64,000 nt of DNA from an uncultured delta proteobacterium (lineage in GTDB: Bacteria; Desulfobacterota; Binatia; UBA9968): the NCBI GenBank assembly GCA_963745835.1, contig CAVUZH010000013.1:256001-320000 (forward strand), in the 5' to 3' direction. The position numbers and the translations under genes are program-made. Position 1 is the stretch's first letter. Every line of letters begins with the position of its first letter. Below the pieces are notes generated by a model, which made no database searches, was not told the DNA's origin, and worked only from the letters and a program-made list of their open reading frames with translations. This document shows, piece after piece, positions 1-10,548 of this stretch.

Positions 1-234
1 GAATCTGCCGAAACGATACGTTCATCTGCAAGTACCGACTGGGCTGTTCGCGCCGCGGCGGCTGTGCTCATAAGGTTTGCCCTCGCTTTTTTGTTTATTG
101 ATTACTTTTATTTCATCTAACCTGGTTTGTCCAGCTCACCCAAAGTCGCACGCCCAGCCGCGAACAAGTGATTCTGGGTGAGGTTCGTCGATGAATAAAA
201 AAATTGGGCGTGAAATTGTCCAATTCAAGGTTCG

Positions 235-1101
235 GTGCTAGATTCGCCCTTGATGCTGGCATTACGTAAGACTTTAGTGTTGTTTGTCGCGTTGGCAACG
301 CCCTTAGTAGGCTGGGCCGGCGAAGCGCAGAATGCATTTAACGAAGGCGTTAAACACCACCAGGCCGGCAAATTCAAAGAAGCGATCGCGGCTTACGATC
401 GCGCCATCAAAATATCCCCTGACGCCAGCGAAGCCTACAACAACCGGGGCCTGGCCTACCATAAACTCGGACAGATCGGCAACGCACTTAAGGATTACGA
501 CCAGGCGATTAAACTCAATCCTAACTTCACCGACGCACTGTACAACCGCGGCAACGCCCTGTTAGCGCAGAAACATTACGAGGGCGCTATAAAGGACTTC
601 GACCAAGTCATCAAGCAGAATCCAAAGATGCCGAAGGCCTATGATCAGAGAGGACAAGCCTATTCAGGCCTGGGACAATACGACAACGCCATCAAGGACT
701 TCAATCAATCGCAGAAACTCGATCCCAAAGACCCCGACCTCTATTATAGTCGTGGGCTCGCCTACCGGCGGCTCGGCAAGCATGATTTGGCGGTACAGGA
801 CTATTCCGAAGCTATTAAACTCGAGCCGAAGAATGCCGAGGCCTATAACAATCGCGCCAATGCCTATTCTCTGCTCGGCCAGTTCAATCACGCGCTCAGA
901 GACTACGATCAAGCCATCAAACTCGATCCTAAAAACGCGCGGATCTATGCCAACCGCGGCATGATCAAGCTGCGCCAGGGCAAAGGCGAGGATGCCCAAG
1001 TCGACTTCAACAAGGCGATGGAGCTGCAACCGGATCTGAAAGAACAAATCCAATCGATCACCAGCGATCGGAAAGGCGTTCCAACAGTCAAGAAACCGTA
1101 A
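235..1101 (+). CDS. Secreted tetratricopeptide-repeat (TPR) protein
   Basis: Signal-peptide-like N-terminus, then about 7 TPR repeats (AYNNRGLAY...A..DYDQAIKLNP). Start may be ATG 253. Confidence 0.9.
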   Translation: MLDSPLMLALRKTLVLFVALATPLVGWAGEAQNAFNEGVKHHQAGKFKEAIAAYDRAIKISPDASEAYNNRGLAYHKLGQIGNALKDYDQAIKLNPNFTDALYNRGNALLAQKHYEGAIKDFDQVIKQNPKMPKAYDQRGQAYSGLGQYDNAIKDFNQSQKLDPKDPDLYYSRGLAYRRLGKHDLAVQDYSEAIKLEPKNAEAYNNRANAYSLLGQFNHALRDYDQAIKLDPKNARIYANRGMIKLRQGKGEDAQVDFNKAMELQPDLKEQIQSITSDRKGVPTVKKP

Positions 1102-1106
1102 CGGCC

Positions 1107-2165
1107 ATGCGTCATACCGGGATCAAAGTTTTTGTCTTGTTGTTGGCTGGGTTCATTTCTGAAACCACTTGGTCCGCTCAGGTCATTGAACCGCTCAAAG
1201 AGGCGCTGCAGTTGCACGAGACGGGGAAAATAAAGGAAGCCATCGTCCTCTATGACAGGTTCATCAAAACTCATCCGAAACGGATCGAAGGATACTTCAA
1301 TCGCGGCAACGCATACTACGATCTGGGACAAAATCAGCGCGCGGTAAACGACTATAGCGAAGTGATTCGTCTGTCGCCCAAGGACAGCGAGGCTTACTTC
1401 AATCGCGGCAATGCCTATCGGCGACTGAAACAAGAGCGGGCCGCGCTCGACGATTACAGCGCCGCCATCAAATTGACCCCGCAAGATAGCAGAGCATACA
1501 TCAACCGCGGCAGCATCCACTTCGACGCGCGTCGTTATGACGACGCGGTGGAGGATTTCTCCGCGGCCATCCGCATTAGCCCGGAAGACGCCGACTCTTA
1601 TTTCAACCGCGGCAATAGTTATCTGGCTCTCAACAAGAAGGACGAGGCGATCAAGGATTATACCGAAGCGCTCTCATTGGAAGAAAAGCTGGTTGATGCT
1701 TTTTATAATCGTGGCATTGCATATTCGGATTCGGACAAAATCGACGCCGCCATAGCTGATTTTACAGAAGTGATAAAACTCAATCCAAAGTTCGGCGACG
1801 CTTATTATAATCGCGGGCTGGCGGCCGCCAAGGCCGGAAAGTACCAGGCGGCGGTCGAAGACTACAGCGAATCGATTCGTCTTAACGCGAAGGATCCGGA
1901 AGCGCCATTCAATCGCGGCATCGCCTTTCTGCGCCTGGCGAAATACGATTATGCGGCAAGAGATTTCAGCGAAGTTATTCGCCTGCAACCGCGCAATGCC
2001 GAAGCTCACGTTTATCGCGGTATAGCGCGCATCTATCAAAAAAGACAACAGGAGGCCGACGGGGACTTCCAGAAGGCCTTTCAACTAGATCCGAGTTTGA
2101 AAAAGAACCTTCAGCCGCTCATCGAAGAAGCCAAGGCGCAGATCAACAGTGAGCCGGAGAAGTAA
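1107..2165 (+). CDS. Secreted TPR protein
   Basis: Signal-peptide-like N-terminus and about 9 TPR repeats (AYFNRGNAY...); 5 nt downstream of the first TPR gene. Confidence 0.9.
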   Translation: MRHTGIKVFVLLLAGFISETTWSAQVIEPLKEALQLHETGKIKEAIVLYDRFIKTHPKRIEGYFNRGNAYYDLGQNQRAVNDYSEVIRLSPKDSEAYFNRGNAYRRLKQERAALDDYSAAIKLTPQDSRAYINRGSIHFDARRYDDAVEDFSAAIRISPEDADSYFNRGNSYLALNKKDEAIKDYTEALSLEEKLVDAFYNRGIAYSDSDKIDAAIADFTEVIKLNPKFGDAYYNRGLAAAKAGKYQAAVEDYSESIRLNAKDPEAPFNRGIAFLRLAKYDYAARDFSEVIRLQPRNAEAHVYRGIARIYQKRQQEADGDFQKAFQLDPSLKKNLQPLIEEAKAQINSEPEK

Positions 2166-2405
2166 CGGCGGCTCTCGCCGGTTCAACTTGCTAATTTCGT
2201 GTTGATTGCGCCGCTTCGTCCAAGAGCTGTGAGAAAGCTAACTAAGACCTAGCTCGCTGGCCGGGAAGTGACGCTTCCCATGACCCGCATCGTTCACGAA
2301 GATAGCCGGTCATGAAATGTCACATTAAGATTCAACCGGGCAGGAATTCGATCATGATACCTTGCCAGATTCCTCCTCTCCCGTTAGCAGAAAGGCGCCG
2401 TAGAT

Positions 2406-2915
2406 ATGACCAAGATCAAGAAGATCCTCGCTCCCGCGGATATGTCCAATCTGTGCATTTCGGGAATTCGTTTCGCTCTCGAACTGGCGCAATGGCAGCA
2501 ATCCGAGGTGTTGATCTACAACGTTCTTACCGTCGAAGAGACTCCTTTTCCCCAAGGCACTGAAGAATGGGTTGCCAAGCAGACCGAGCTGCCGAAGCTG
2601 AAAAAAATTTTGGATCAACGGAAAAAGACGCTGAATGATTTCATCGCGAAAGAATTCGCTGATCTAACCGGAACAACCAAGGTCCGGCAGGAAGTAGAAA
2701 TTGGCACACCTTATAGGCGGATCGTCGACAAGGCTGCAGCCGAAAGTGTCGACATCATCGTCATGTCCACTCACGGGCGCACGGGGTTGGCCCACATGTT
2801 GATCGGAAGCGTCACCGAAAGAGTCTTGCGCCGCGCCTCGTGCCCGATTCTTGCCGTGCCGGCGCCGCGGCGGAACAAACGATTATCCAGACGGATGAGT
2901 AAGACCGCCGGTTAG
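2406..2915 (+). CDS. Universal stress protein (Usp)
   Basis: IKKILAPAD N-terminus; DIIVMSTHGRTG...IGSVTERVLRRASCPILAV Usp motif. Confidence 0.92.
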   Translation: MTKIKKILAPADMSNLCISGIRFALELAQWQQSEVLIYNVLTVEETPFPQGTEEWVAKQTELPKLKKILDQRKKTLNDFIAKEFADLTGTTKVRQEVEIGTPYRRIVDKAAAESVDIIVMSTHGRTGLAHMLIGSVTERVLRRASCPILAVPAPRRNKRLSRRMSKTAG

Positions 2916-4210
2916 ATTTTATCCCGGCCCCAGAGATCGCCCTGTTCGATATTGGGTTGATCCAGCGCCGGGAATTCCAGACCCTCGATTTCCTGTAAGG
3001 TCTTACCCGCAATCGCTTGAAGGTCGCCATACATGCCAACGGTCGCTTGCATCACACGCTCGATTTGTTCCTCTCGTTTCGCCCATTGCTTGATAATCGC
3101 CCTCTTCTCTCGATCGAGATCCTCGCGCATGCATGAAAACGCTTCGACAATGGCTTGCACCCGCTGACGAAACCGCTGCCCGGTCAAGTACTGATAGACC
3201 ATTTCCATTTTGGTTTGTTGTCCCTCGGATGACTGGCGAACCGCGGCAACCTCGAGCAGGGTCTGACGCAATACCACCGCGACCGGCACTGCTGCTCGCG
3301 GATGCGTCACCCATACGCCTTCGACAAACTCGAAGGTTTCAACGTCCTTGGGTAATGCCTGGCTGACAATCACAGCAATCTCAGCCTTGGCGGTTCGCTG
3401 ATCTTCGCGCAGTTTAACAAGCCACCCGTCGCTCCAATTCTTGGTCCGTTTGCATTCCCAGAGAATAAATCCGCACGACTGGCCGAGAGCTCCGTTGACC
3501 CGATGGAGCACGTCGCCGCCGAATTCACCCTTGGGCACCGGCTGGATCGAATCTCGTGGGAATTTGGTTCTTAACAAGTTCTCCAGCTCGAGCTCCTGCA
3601 CCTCGCCCTGCAACTGTTGAGAACCCTGCTCGGCGCGGCGCTTGAGTTCTTCGATCTGGCGCTGCATAGAGCTGATTGTTTGCTCCTTTTCGAGGACTTT
3701 GAACTTGAGCTCTTCTTCGGTCTCTTTGCGAGCCTGCTCTCGGGTGGCGGCGAGCGACTCCTGCACCCGCTTTTCAATAGTCAGCTCCGCTTCCCGTTTC
3801 AGATCATCCAGCTCACGCTGTTTTCTCAGCACTTCCGCTTGAGACTTTTGCGCCTCGGCGAGCTTGATCTCTCGCTCCTTCAGGACCTCTTGCAGTTCGG
3901 CAATCGCTTTGGCTTTTTGCTCGAGATCCGTGGCTAACGACAGTTTTGCCTTGCGCGCTTCTTCGGCGGCAATCTTGCCCCGCTCCTGAAGCAACTTAGC
4001 AGCTAGCTCCTGATCGATTTGCTCTCGGGCACGAGCGATAGCCGCTTCGCGATCGCGCAGCATCGTTTCCTTTTTGGCAACATCGGCATCCTTTTGCGCC
4101 AGCCGTATTTCGAATTCACGCCGGGTCGCTTGAATCAGCGGCGCCGCTAGCGACTCCGTCAGCTTAATTTCGATGTTACACTGCGGGCACGTAATAGCAG
4201 GTTCGAGCAC
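2912..4210 (-). CDS. DUF2130-family coiled-coil protein with an RmuC-like nuclease-fold C-terminus
   Basis: Probable GTG start at 4210 after GGAGG; ITCPQC zinc knuckle; long coiled coil; QQLQGEVQELELE...GGDV...ILWECKRTKNWSDGW. Confidence 0.8.
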   Translation of the reverse strand: MLEPAITCPQCNIEIKLTESLAAPLIQATRREFEIRLAQKDADVAKKETMLRDREAAIARAREQIDQELAAKLLQERGKIAAEEARKAKLSLATDLEQKAKAIAELQEVLKEREIKLAEAQKSQAEVLRKQRELDDLKREAELTIEKRVQESLAATREQARKETEEELKFKVLEKEQTISSMQRQIEELKRRAEQGSQQLQGEVQELELENLLRTKFPRDSIQPVPKGEFGGDVLHRVNGALGQSCGFILWECKRTKNWSDGWLVKLREDQRTAKAEIAVIVSQALPKDVETFEFVEGVWVTHPRAAVPVAVVLRQTLLEVAAVRQSSEGQQTKMEMVYQYLTGQRFRQRVQAIVEAFSCMREDLDREKRAIIKQWAKREEQIERVMQATVGMYGDLQAIAGKTLQEIEGLEFPALDQPNIEQGDLWGRDKI

Positions 4211-4458
4211 AATCAACCTCCGGATTTGCAACGAGAGTGTTTTGCGATAAACCAATTCATAAATCCACCTTTTTTTAAATCCTGCAACATCGCATAGCTC
4301 TAAGAAACGGCGATGGTAACCATCGCTCTGGAACGCTGTGGCATTTCTCTGGCTGATTACAAGCCTTGACGATAAACCACGGGGTTGGTATTCCGAGCGA
4401 GGGATGAGACGATATATCTTCGATGCAGTCGAACTATCTCGCGGCAAACTAACGGGTA

Positions 4459-4570
4459 TCAGAACCTAGCATGAGAATTTGCCCCAGAGCCGTCACCCCC
4501 GAATGTCTTAACCGGGGGTCCAGTTTCGGTGCCGCCTGGATTCCCGATAGAAACATTCGGGGAATGACAG
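4459..4570. repeat. REP-like palindromic element, copy 1
   Basis: GTCACCCCCGAATGT (4492-4506) pairs imperfectly with ACATTCGGGGAATGAC (4553-4568); related copy at 63901-63996. Confidence 0.65.
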
Positions 4571-4734
4571 ATTCTAGAGGTCCGGGAATCACTCATACGG
4601 CGCAAGGGCGTTGGAATCAAACCCGCAGTGATTGAAGATGTTTGCGGCACTACCAACTGCTTGCAAAATCAGCCTGGCAATGACGCACTCACGGCTGATC
4701 GCCGGCAAACAGTAAACAAAGAGAATATTCATTC

Positions 4735-6321
4735 ATGGGTGAGACTCGCGTCGATCTACTGCACCTCCTGGAAGATTTGCGAGATGCGTACCCTGGGTCT
4801 ATTGAAGAAACCATTCTCACTGAGATAATGGCCAATGCGCTCGACTCGGGCGCTACGCGAATAAGTTTTGAATGCGACCCGACGCAAAGCATACTCATCG
4901 CTGTCGATAACGGCTGCGGCATGCAACGGCGGGAGCTGGCGCGCTATCACGATATTGCCGCGAGCACAAAAACCCGTGGCCAAGGAATTGGCTTTGCCGG
5001 AGTCGGAATAAAACTCGGATTGCTCGTTTGCAGTGAAGTTTTTACCGAGACCCGCCGAGGGAAAAGCCACATCGCGACCTCCTGGCACATGGCTTCGCGG
5101 CATCGCGCGCCCTGGAAATGGGTGCCGCCTGCCGGTCTAGTCTCTGAACGCGGCACTGCGGTTCGCCTGAAAGTTCAAAACGCCTTATCTCCTCTGCTCG
5201 ACCCCGGTTTTCTCGAAGGTGCTTTGCGCCGTCATTTTCAACCTTTGTTCGATCCAAGTTTCGACGAGTTTCTTGCCGAACAATATCCCAAGGGCATCGC
5301 AATCTATGTCAATGGCGAGCACCTAGACAGGCATGTCTGGGCTGCGCCTCTCTCTGCGCCATTAACAATTCGGTTATCACGAAAGCGTAAGCCTTCGGCT
5401 CTCGGTTACTTAATTCGCCAGGAGAATTCACTGCCGGAAGAAAGACGCGGCTTAGCGATCAGCACTTATGGCAAAGTAATTCGGCGCGGCTGGGATTGGC
5501 TGGGTATGACGCCAATGTCTCCGGAGCGGATCGGCGGACTTATCGAAGTGCCGGAGCTGACGGCTTGTCTGACCTTGAACAAAGGCGACTTCATTCGCAC
5601 TGGCGCGCGCGGCGCCACCTATCTCGCCTTTCGAAAGGCCATTCAGGAAGCCGTTACCCGGCAACTCGCAACCTGGGGAGATACCCGGGCATCGACGGAT
5701 GAAGCGCCGCCGCGAGAAGTCCGCCCTTTGCAACGCGACTTGGCCCACGTGCTCGAAGACCTCGCCATCGACTTTCCTCTACTCTCATCGCTGGTAGAGC
5801 AACGCTCCGGTGGGCAGAAAAAACTCCCTCTCGGGCGGGCATCGAAAGCCGCTGTGTCGCGCGCATTTGTGGCAGCATCGATAGCCGAACAATCTGAAGC
5901 TTATCCGAATCCGCGTGAAGCCACGTTGTCGCCGCAGGACCGAAACGGCGATGCCAGTCCTCACCACACGTCGGTGACTGAACCGGTCGCGGCGCCGGGT
6001 CGCGGCTTGCTGCTGCCGGCGAAAGACGCTATGCGGCGGCCCGGACATTATGGACTCGATATTCAGTTTGAGGACCAACCGGAGACGTTGGAACTGGCGC
6101 ATTTGATGGAATCGACGGTTTGGGTTAATCGCGCGCACCCAGCCTATCGTCGAGCAGTTGTCTCGCGTTCCATCGGTTATCACATCGCCCTGGCGGTAGC
6201 GATGGCCCTGGCACCGCTCGCCGTAGAGTCCGCCAACGAACACGCCTTCGTGAGCGCATTTCTCTTTCGCTGGGGTGAAACTATCGGAAACACAGCTACA
6301 CCCAAACAGAAGAAGCGTTAA
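4735..6321 (+). CDS. GHKL (HSP90/MutL/MORC-like) ATPase with an uncharacterised C-terminus
   Basis: EIMANALD (N box), DNGCGM (G1), GIGFAGVGIK (G2), GTAVRL; no HisKA domain. Confidence 0.8.
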   Translation: MGETRVDLLHLLEDLRDAYPGSIEETILTEIMANALDSGATRISFECDPTQSILIAVDNGCGMQRRELARYHDIAASTKTRGQGIGFAGVGIKLGLLVCSEVFTETRRGKSHIATSWHMASRHRAPWKWVPPAGLVSERGTAVRLKVQNALSPLLDPGFLEGALRRHFQPLFDPSFDEFLAEQYPKGIAIYVNGEHLDRHVWAAPLSAPLTIRLSRKRKPSALGYLIRQENSLPEERRGLAISTYGKVIRRGWDWLGMTPMSPERIGGLIEVPELTACLTLNKGDFIRTGARGATYLAFRKAIQEAVTRQLATWGDTRASTDEAPPREVRPLQRDLAHVLEDLAIDFPLLSSLVEQRSGGQKKLPLGRASKAAVSRAFVAASIAEQSEAYPNPREATLSPQDRNGDASPHHTSVTEPVAAPGRGLLLPAKDAMRRPGHYGLDIQFEDQPETLELAHLMESTVWVNRAHPAYRRAVVSRSIGYHIALAVAMALAPLAVESANEHAFVSAFLFRWGETIGNTATPKQKKR

Positions 6322-6428
6322 AGGTGTGATAAGCGGGAGAGCAGGCACGCACGCCTGCATCTAGAAAAAAATAATGACCCGCATCGCAATTGGAAGCCGC
6401 TGTAAACACTTAACCATGGCTCCGGTTT

Positions 6429-7976
6429 CTAACGTCCACTGAACTCCGCGAGTAGCTTTTCCAGATCTTTCAAACTAATCGGCTTTACCAGATAGGCGTC
6501 GAAGCCCGCGGTCTTGGCGCGTTCCTGATCTTCCTCTTGCCCATAACCCGAGACCGCGATCAAGAACATTTTACTCGAACCCAGTTCCTGCCGCAGTTGC
6601 CGGGCTACTGAGTAGCCATCGAGTCCCGGCAGGCCGATGTCACAGAGAACTACCTGCGGCAAAAACTGCCGTGCCTTTTCTAAGCCTTGCGGGCCTGTGA
6701 CCGCGAGCTCAACCTGATGTCCTTTGTCTGACAAAAAGATCTGCAGCGTACGAGCTGCCAACGAATTATCGTCGATCACCAGAATACGGTAACAGGCCAG
6801 CGCATCAGCATCGGCTATGGTCGATTTAGGAGCTGGGTCACGGCTATCGGCAAACTTCTGGGTTGGCAGGCGAATAGTAATTTCTGAACCGTGCCCGGGA
6901 CCTTCACTTCTGGCATGCACTTCTCCACCATGCAGTTCAATCAATCCTTTGACCAGCGACAAACCGATTCCAAGCCCGCCTTTGCGTCCCACACCTGGAT
7001 CAAACTGACTGAACGGCTCGAAAATACGCGCCAGGAAATCCAATTCCATACCGATGCCGGTGTCACGAACGCTCAGGACCGTGCAATGCTCGTCTGGATT
7101 GTCGACTAGCTTTACCGTCACCGTATCCCCGGCGCTGGTAAATTTGCCGGCGTTTTGCAGGAGATTGCTGATCGATTGCGCCAGTCGGGTGCAATCACCT
7201 ACGACCCACACAGGGTGGCTCGGCACGTCCAGTGCTAGCTCCAAACCGTTTGACTCTAAAATCGCTCGATAGTCATCCACCGTTTGCCGCACGATAGCAG
7301 CGAAGTCGCAGGGCTCGCGGGCGAGTCCGATCTGGCCGCGAGAAATACGTGAGACATCGAGCAAGTCATCAACCAAACGGCTCATGAGGCCGATCTGCCG
7401 GCCGATGATGTCGCGAAGTTCCTGAGATACCGGCTCCGGCGTTTGCGTTTCGGGGAGAATATCAAACGCATTACTGACAACCCCAAGAGGATTTCGCAGT
7501 TCGTGCGCTAGCGCAGCTAGAAAATCATCCTTCTGACGATCCGCATTGCGCAACTGTGCCACCAGCTGACGATTTTCCCGCTCTCGATCATAGAGACGCA
7601 ATAGCGCGTTGACCGTAGCCAAGAGCTCGTCCGCCTGAACCGGCTCAATCAGATAAGTGTCTGCGCCGCATTCCAACCCGTGAATTCGGTCAGCCCGCGT
7701 CGTGTGCACTGCCGAGATTTGCAGCACCATAATTTGAGCGCTCAGTGGATCGCTCTTGATCGTGCGGCACAGTTGGGTGCCATCTACGTCCGGCAACTTA
7801 ACATCGAGTAAAATCAGCTGTGGCTTTGCTTCTCGGATTAGCCGCAAGGCATCCGCCCCAGTAGCAGCCTCAACCACCCGGTACCCGGCCAACTGAAGAA
7901 TGCGGCTCTTGGCGTACCGACCCGCGTCGTGATCGTCGACATTCAGAATCGTGTACTCTAGGGTAGGGTTTGTCAT
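6429..7976 (-). CDS. Hybrid sensor histidine kinase (REC-HisKA-HATPase-REC)
   Basis: N-terminal receiver (LLDVKLPD), LAHELRNPL H-box, NLLQNAGKF, GLGIGL, C-terminal receiver. Confidence 0.95.
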   Translation of the reverse strand: MTNPTLEYTILNVDDHDAGRYAKSRILQLAGYRVVEAATGADALRLIREAKPQLILLDVKLPDVDGTQLCRTIKSDPLSAQIMVLQISAVHTTRADRIHGLECGADTYLIEPVQADELLATVNALLRLYDRERENRQLVAQLRNADRQKDDFLAALAHELRNPLGVVSNAFDILPETQTPEPVSQELRDIIGRQIGLMSRLVDDLLDVSRISRGQIGLAREPCDFAAIVRQTVDDYRAILESNGLELALDVPSHPVWVVGDCTRLAQSISNLLQNAGKFTSAGDTVTVKLVDNPDEHCTVLSVRDTGIGMELDFLARIFEPFSQFDPGVGRKGGLGIGLSLVKGLIELHGGEVHARSEGPGHGSEITIRLPTQKFADSRDPAPKSTIADADALACYRILVIDDNSLAARTLQIFLSDKGHQVELAVTGPQGLEKARQFLPQVVLCDIGLPGLDGYSVARQLRQELGSSKMFLIAVSGYGQEEDQERAKTAGFDAYLVKPISLKDLEKLLAEFSGR

Positions 7977-8150
7977 TTAGTTTTTGGCGCAACGCCATGT
8001 GCCAGTCATTGATGCGCTTTCAAATACAGAATTTCCTCCTGATCATCAAGTATATTCGCAAAACCGTTCGATTGTGGTCATGCTCCTCGAGCCGAACCCA
8101 TCTAAGTAGCGGGATACATTGTAAGCGCGCGCCACCGAGCAGTTTCGATC

Positions 8151-9242
8151 TCATGCTAAGCCATAGAAGGTTCGGGGATTCTGGCACAGGATCTTCTCGA
8201 CTAAAGCGCCGGGCACATCCTCGCGACCGCGCAGATTGGCGACAAACTGCGGCTCCTTGGAAGGATCGTTATGGCCGTAATCGGACCCAATGATCAACTT
8301 ATCCTCGCCGAGAAACCGCACCAGGTGCGGCAACTCTTCATCGGCCTCGCAGGCTACCCAGAAGCGATACTCACGAAAGAGCTCCTGCGGATCGCTAAAC
8401 CTCCAATTGCTTTGCTGCCGCCGCAACACATGCCAGATGTAGGGCACCCAACTGGCGGCAGCTTCGATGAAACCGAAACGCAAGCTCGGGAATTTTTCCG
8501 GAATTCTATTGTGCACCAGATCACGGAACGCAAAAACCGGCAGCACGCGATTATGCGCGAAGGTGTGATTGCGTTCGATATCGAAGAGCTGCATCAAATA
8601 GCGGCTGCCTGAACCGGTGTGAATACAGATAGGCAGATCGAGCTGCTCCGCCTGGGCATAGATGGAAAAGAAATAAGGGTTATCGAGCGTGAGATTGCCT
8701 TCCATGCCGCGAAAGAATATACCAACCGCGCCACGCTCCTTCGCCCAAGTCATTTCTTTCACCGCCGAATCGACCGCGCGTAACGGCAGGATCGCCACCC
8801 ACTTGAGCCGTTCCGGGGCTTTAGCGCAAGCATCGGCGACAAAGCGATTGTAGGCGCGGCACAGGGCTATCTCCAACTGCGGATCGTCAGTGAGATACAC
8901 CAGAAAAAGTGTCGGATAGATCACCTGTACTTCCACAGCGATTCTGTCCATGTCCTTCAGACGCGCGATGGGATCGGTCAATTCTCGGACCGCCAGGTGA
9001 ATGTCTCCCCTTCCGGCTTCTCTCTTGGCCGCCGAAGGCGTGATCAAACTAAAGCTGCCCTTGCCCGCCGGCTTGGGAAAGATCTCGCCATCAATCAGCC
9101 AAAACGCATTTCGATCTTTGTACCAGGTGTCGTCGGGAATCTTCGCCAGGATAGGCCTGCGCGGATACATCTCTCGATCGATAAATTCCCACATCGCCTC
9201 CGACTCGGCGATATGGGTATCTGCGTCGATCACACCAGCCAT
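8151..9242 (-). CDS. Amidohydrolase family 2 protein (ACMSD/LigW-like)
   Basis: IDADTH N-terminal motif, ICIHTG, IGSDYGHND; likely start ATG 9242. Confidence 0.88.
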   Translation of the reverse strand: MAGVIDADTHIAESEAMWEFIDREMYPRRPILAKIPDDTWYKDRNAFWLIDGEIFPKPAGKGSFSLITPSAAKREAGRGDIHLAVRELTDPIARLKDMDRIAVEVQVIYPTLFLVYLTDDPQLEIALCRAYNRFVADACAKAPERLKWVAILPLRAVDSAVKEMTWAKERGAVGIFFRGMEGNLTLDNPYFFSIYAQAEQLDLPICIHTGSGSRYLMQLFDIERNHTFAHNRVLPVFAFRDLVHNRIPEKFPSLRFGFIEAAASWVPYIWHVLRRQQSNWRFSDPQELFREYRFWVACEADEELPHLVRFLGEDKLIIGSDYGHNDPSKEPQFVANLRGREDVPGALVEKILCQNPRTFYGLA

Positions 9243-9262
9243 GATTTCACTCCCATCTAAGA

Positions 9263-9302
9263 GTTCGTTGAAATCGTTCAAGTAGTTCAAGCCGTTCAAA
9301 TC
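9263..9302. repeat. Short degenerate GTTCAA/TTGAAC tandem repeat
   Basis: gttcgttgaaatcgttcaagtagttcaagccgttcaaa, about 9-nt period. Confidence 0.5.
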
Positions 9303-9363
9303 GCAAGAACGATCGCGCGACTTGATACATCAACATCTTCGGCAGATTATCCGAGCTACTGGG

Positions 9364-10356
9364 CTATTTTTTAAACTTGTCGATAAATCCGCTTTTCTTG
9401 ATTTCTTCCAAGACGCTGCCGTCCAGGAGCCTCAGGCTCTCCGGCGTCTGCCCCTTGGCTTTGGCATTCGTGGCGGCCACCTGTGTAATGATAAATTCCA
9501 GGCCCTTGCGGTCGGGCAACACCATCACGCCGTCACCGTATTTGGCCAGGTAGTAGTCGTAGCCGAGACTGGCATCCTCATCGCTGACGCGGTTGTATTT
9601 CTTCATCAAGGACACTGCCAGCGCTTTGTCTTTGCGCAAAACGAAGTAACTCTCGATGATCGCTTTCATGGCGTTGACGATCTTCGGACGGTTGGCCTCG
9701 AAGTAGCTGCGCTTTACGATAAAGCAATTCTGCGGGAATGCCACACCGCTCTCGGCCAGATCGATGAGCGAATTTAGCTTGAATTCTCTCATGCCGACTG
9801 TGGTGTGCGGTTCGCTTAACAAGGTCGCGTGCACGGTCCCCTGGCTCAAAGCCGCCAGCCGCGTCATATTGCCACCGGTCTGGACGATGGTCACGTCCTT
9901 GGGATTGATGCCGAGTTTTTCCAACGCCACCTGAGTTGCGTAATCCGATGCCGAACCGAAGCGGCTGATGGCGATTCGTTTGCCTTTCAAACCTTCCGGC
10001 GTTTTTATGTCTGGACGAACTAGCAGCTTGTTGGGAATGAAGTTGATGCCGCCAGCGATAATCGTCGCATCGGCTCCCTGCAGATTGGCGGTGATGGCCA
10101 GAGCTCCGGTGGTAAAGACAATATGCAGCTCGTTAGCTAACAACGCCTGCATCGCCGGCGTGCCGCTCTCCAACGCCAGGTACTCGCCGTCGAGGCCGTA
10201 TTTCTGAAAAATTTTCTTCTCGTAAGCGAGCCACAGCAGCGCATGGATCGCAGTCGAAAAACCGCCGCTGGCGGCGCGGAATTTTTCCTGGGCGGCAGAG
10301 CGTAGCGGCAACGCCAACCAACATAACGCGAGAGCGACAGTTAAAATCTTTTTCAT
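9364..10356 (-). CDS. NitT/TauT/NMT1-type ABC substrate-binding protein
   Basis: Signal peptide; FQKYGLD; LKGKRIAISRFGSASD. Confidence 0.88.
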   Translation of the reverse strand: MKKILTVALALCWLALPLRSAAQEKFRAASGGFSTAIHALLWLAYEKKIFQKYGLDGEYLALESGTPAMQALLANELHIVFTTGALAITANLQGADATIIAGGINFIPNKLLVRPDIKTPEGLKGKRIAISRFGSASDYATQVALEKLGINPKDVTIVQTGGNMTRLAALSQGTVHATLLSEPHTTVGMREFKLNSLIDLAESGVAFPQNCFIVKRSYFEANRPKIVNAMKAIIESYFVLRKDKALAVSLMKKYNRVSDEDASLGYDYYLAKYGDGVMVLPDRKGLEFIITQVAATNAKAKGQTPESLRLLDGSVLEEIKKSGFIDKFKK

Positions 10357-10548
10357 AGAATTCCTTTATTCAAGCTCCACCCAGTCAGGTTTGAACACGG
10401 ACAGATTTCACTGTCAAGATAACTCGCCGCAGGCGGCGAGTGCTGCGCTTTAGGGTCGGCTGATTTCTATCAACCGGGCTCGTATGTTGACTTCTTACAG
10501 CCGGCTCACGTAATTAGGTGTAGATCGCGCCGCATGAAGGATCTGTGA

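Noticed and set aside
235-2165. Periodic DNA repeats suggesting an array
   Set aside because: They are the 102-nt periodicity of TPR-coding sequence, not CRISPR or non-coding repeats.
4211-4447. N-terminal extension of DUF2130 in the ORF track
   Set aside because: A GGAGG RBS before GTG 4210 and the ITCPQC start indicate this stretch is non-coding.
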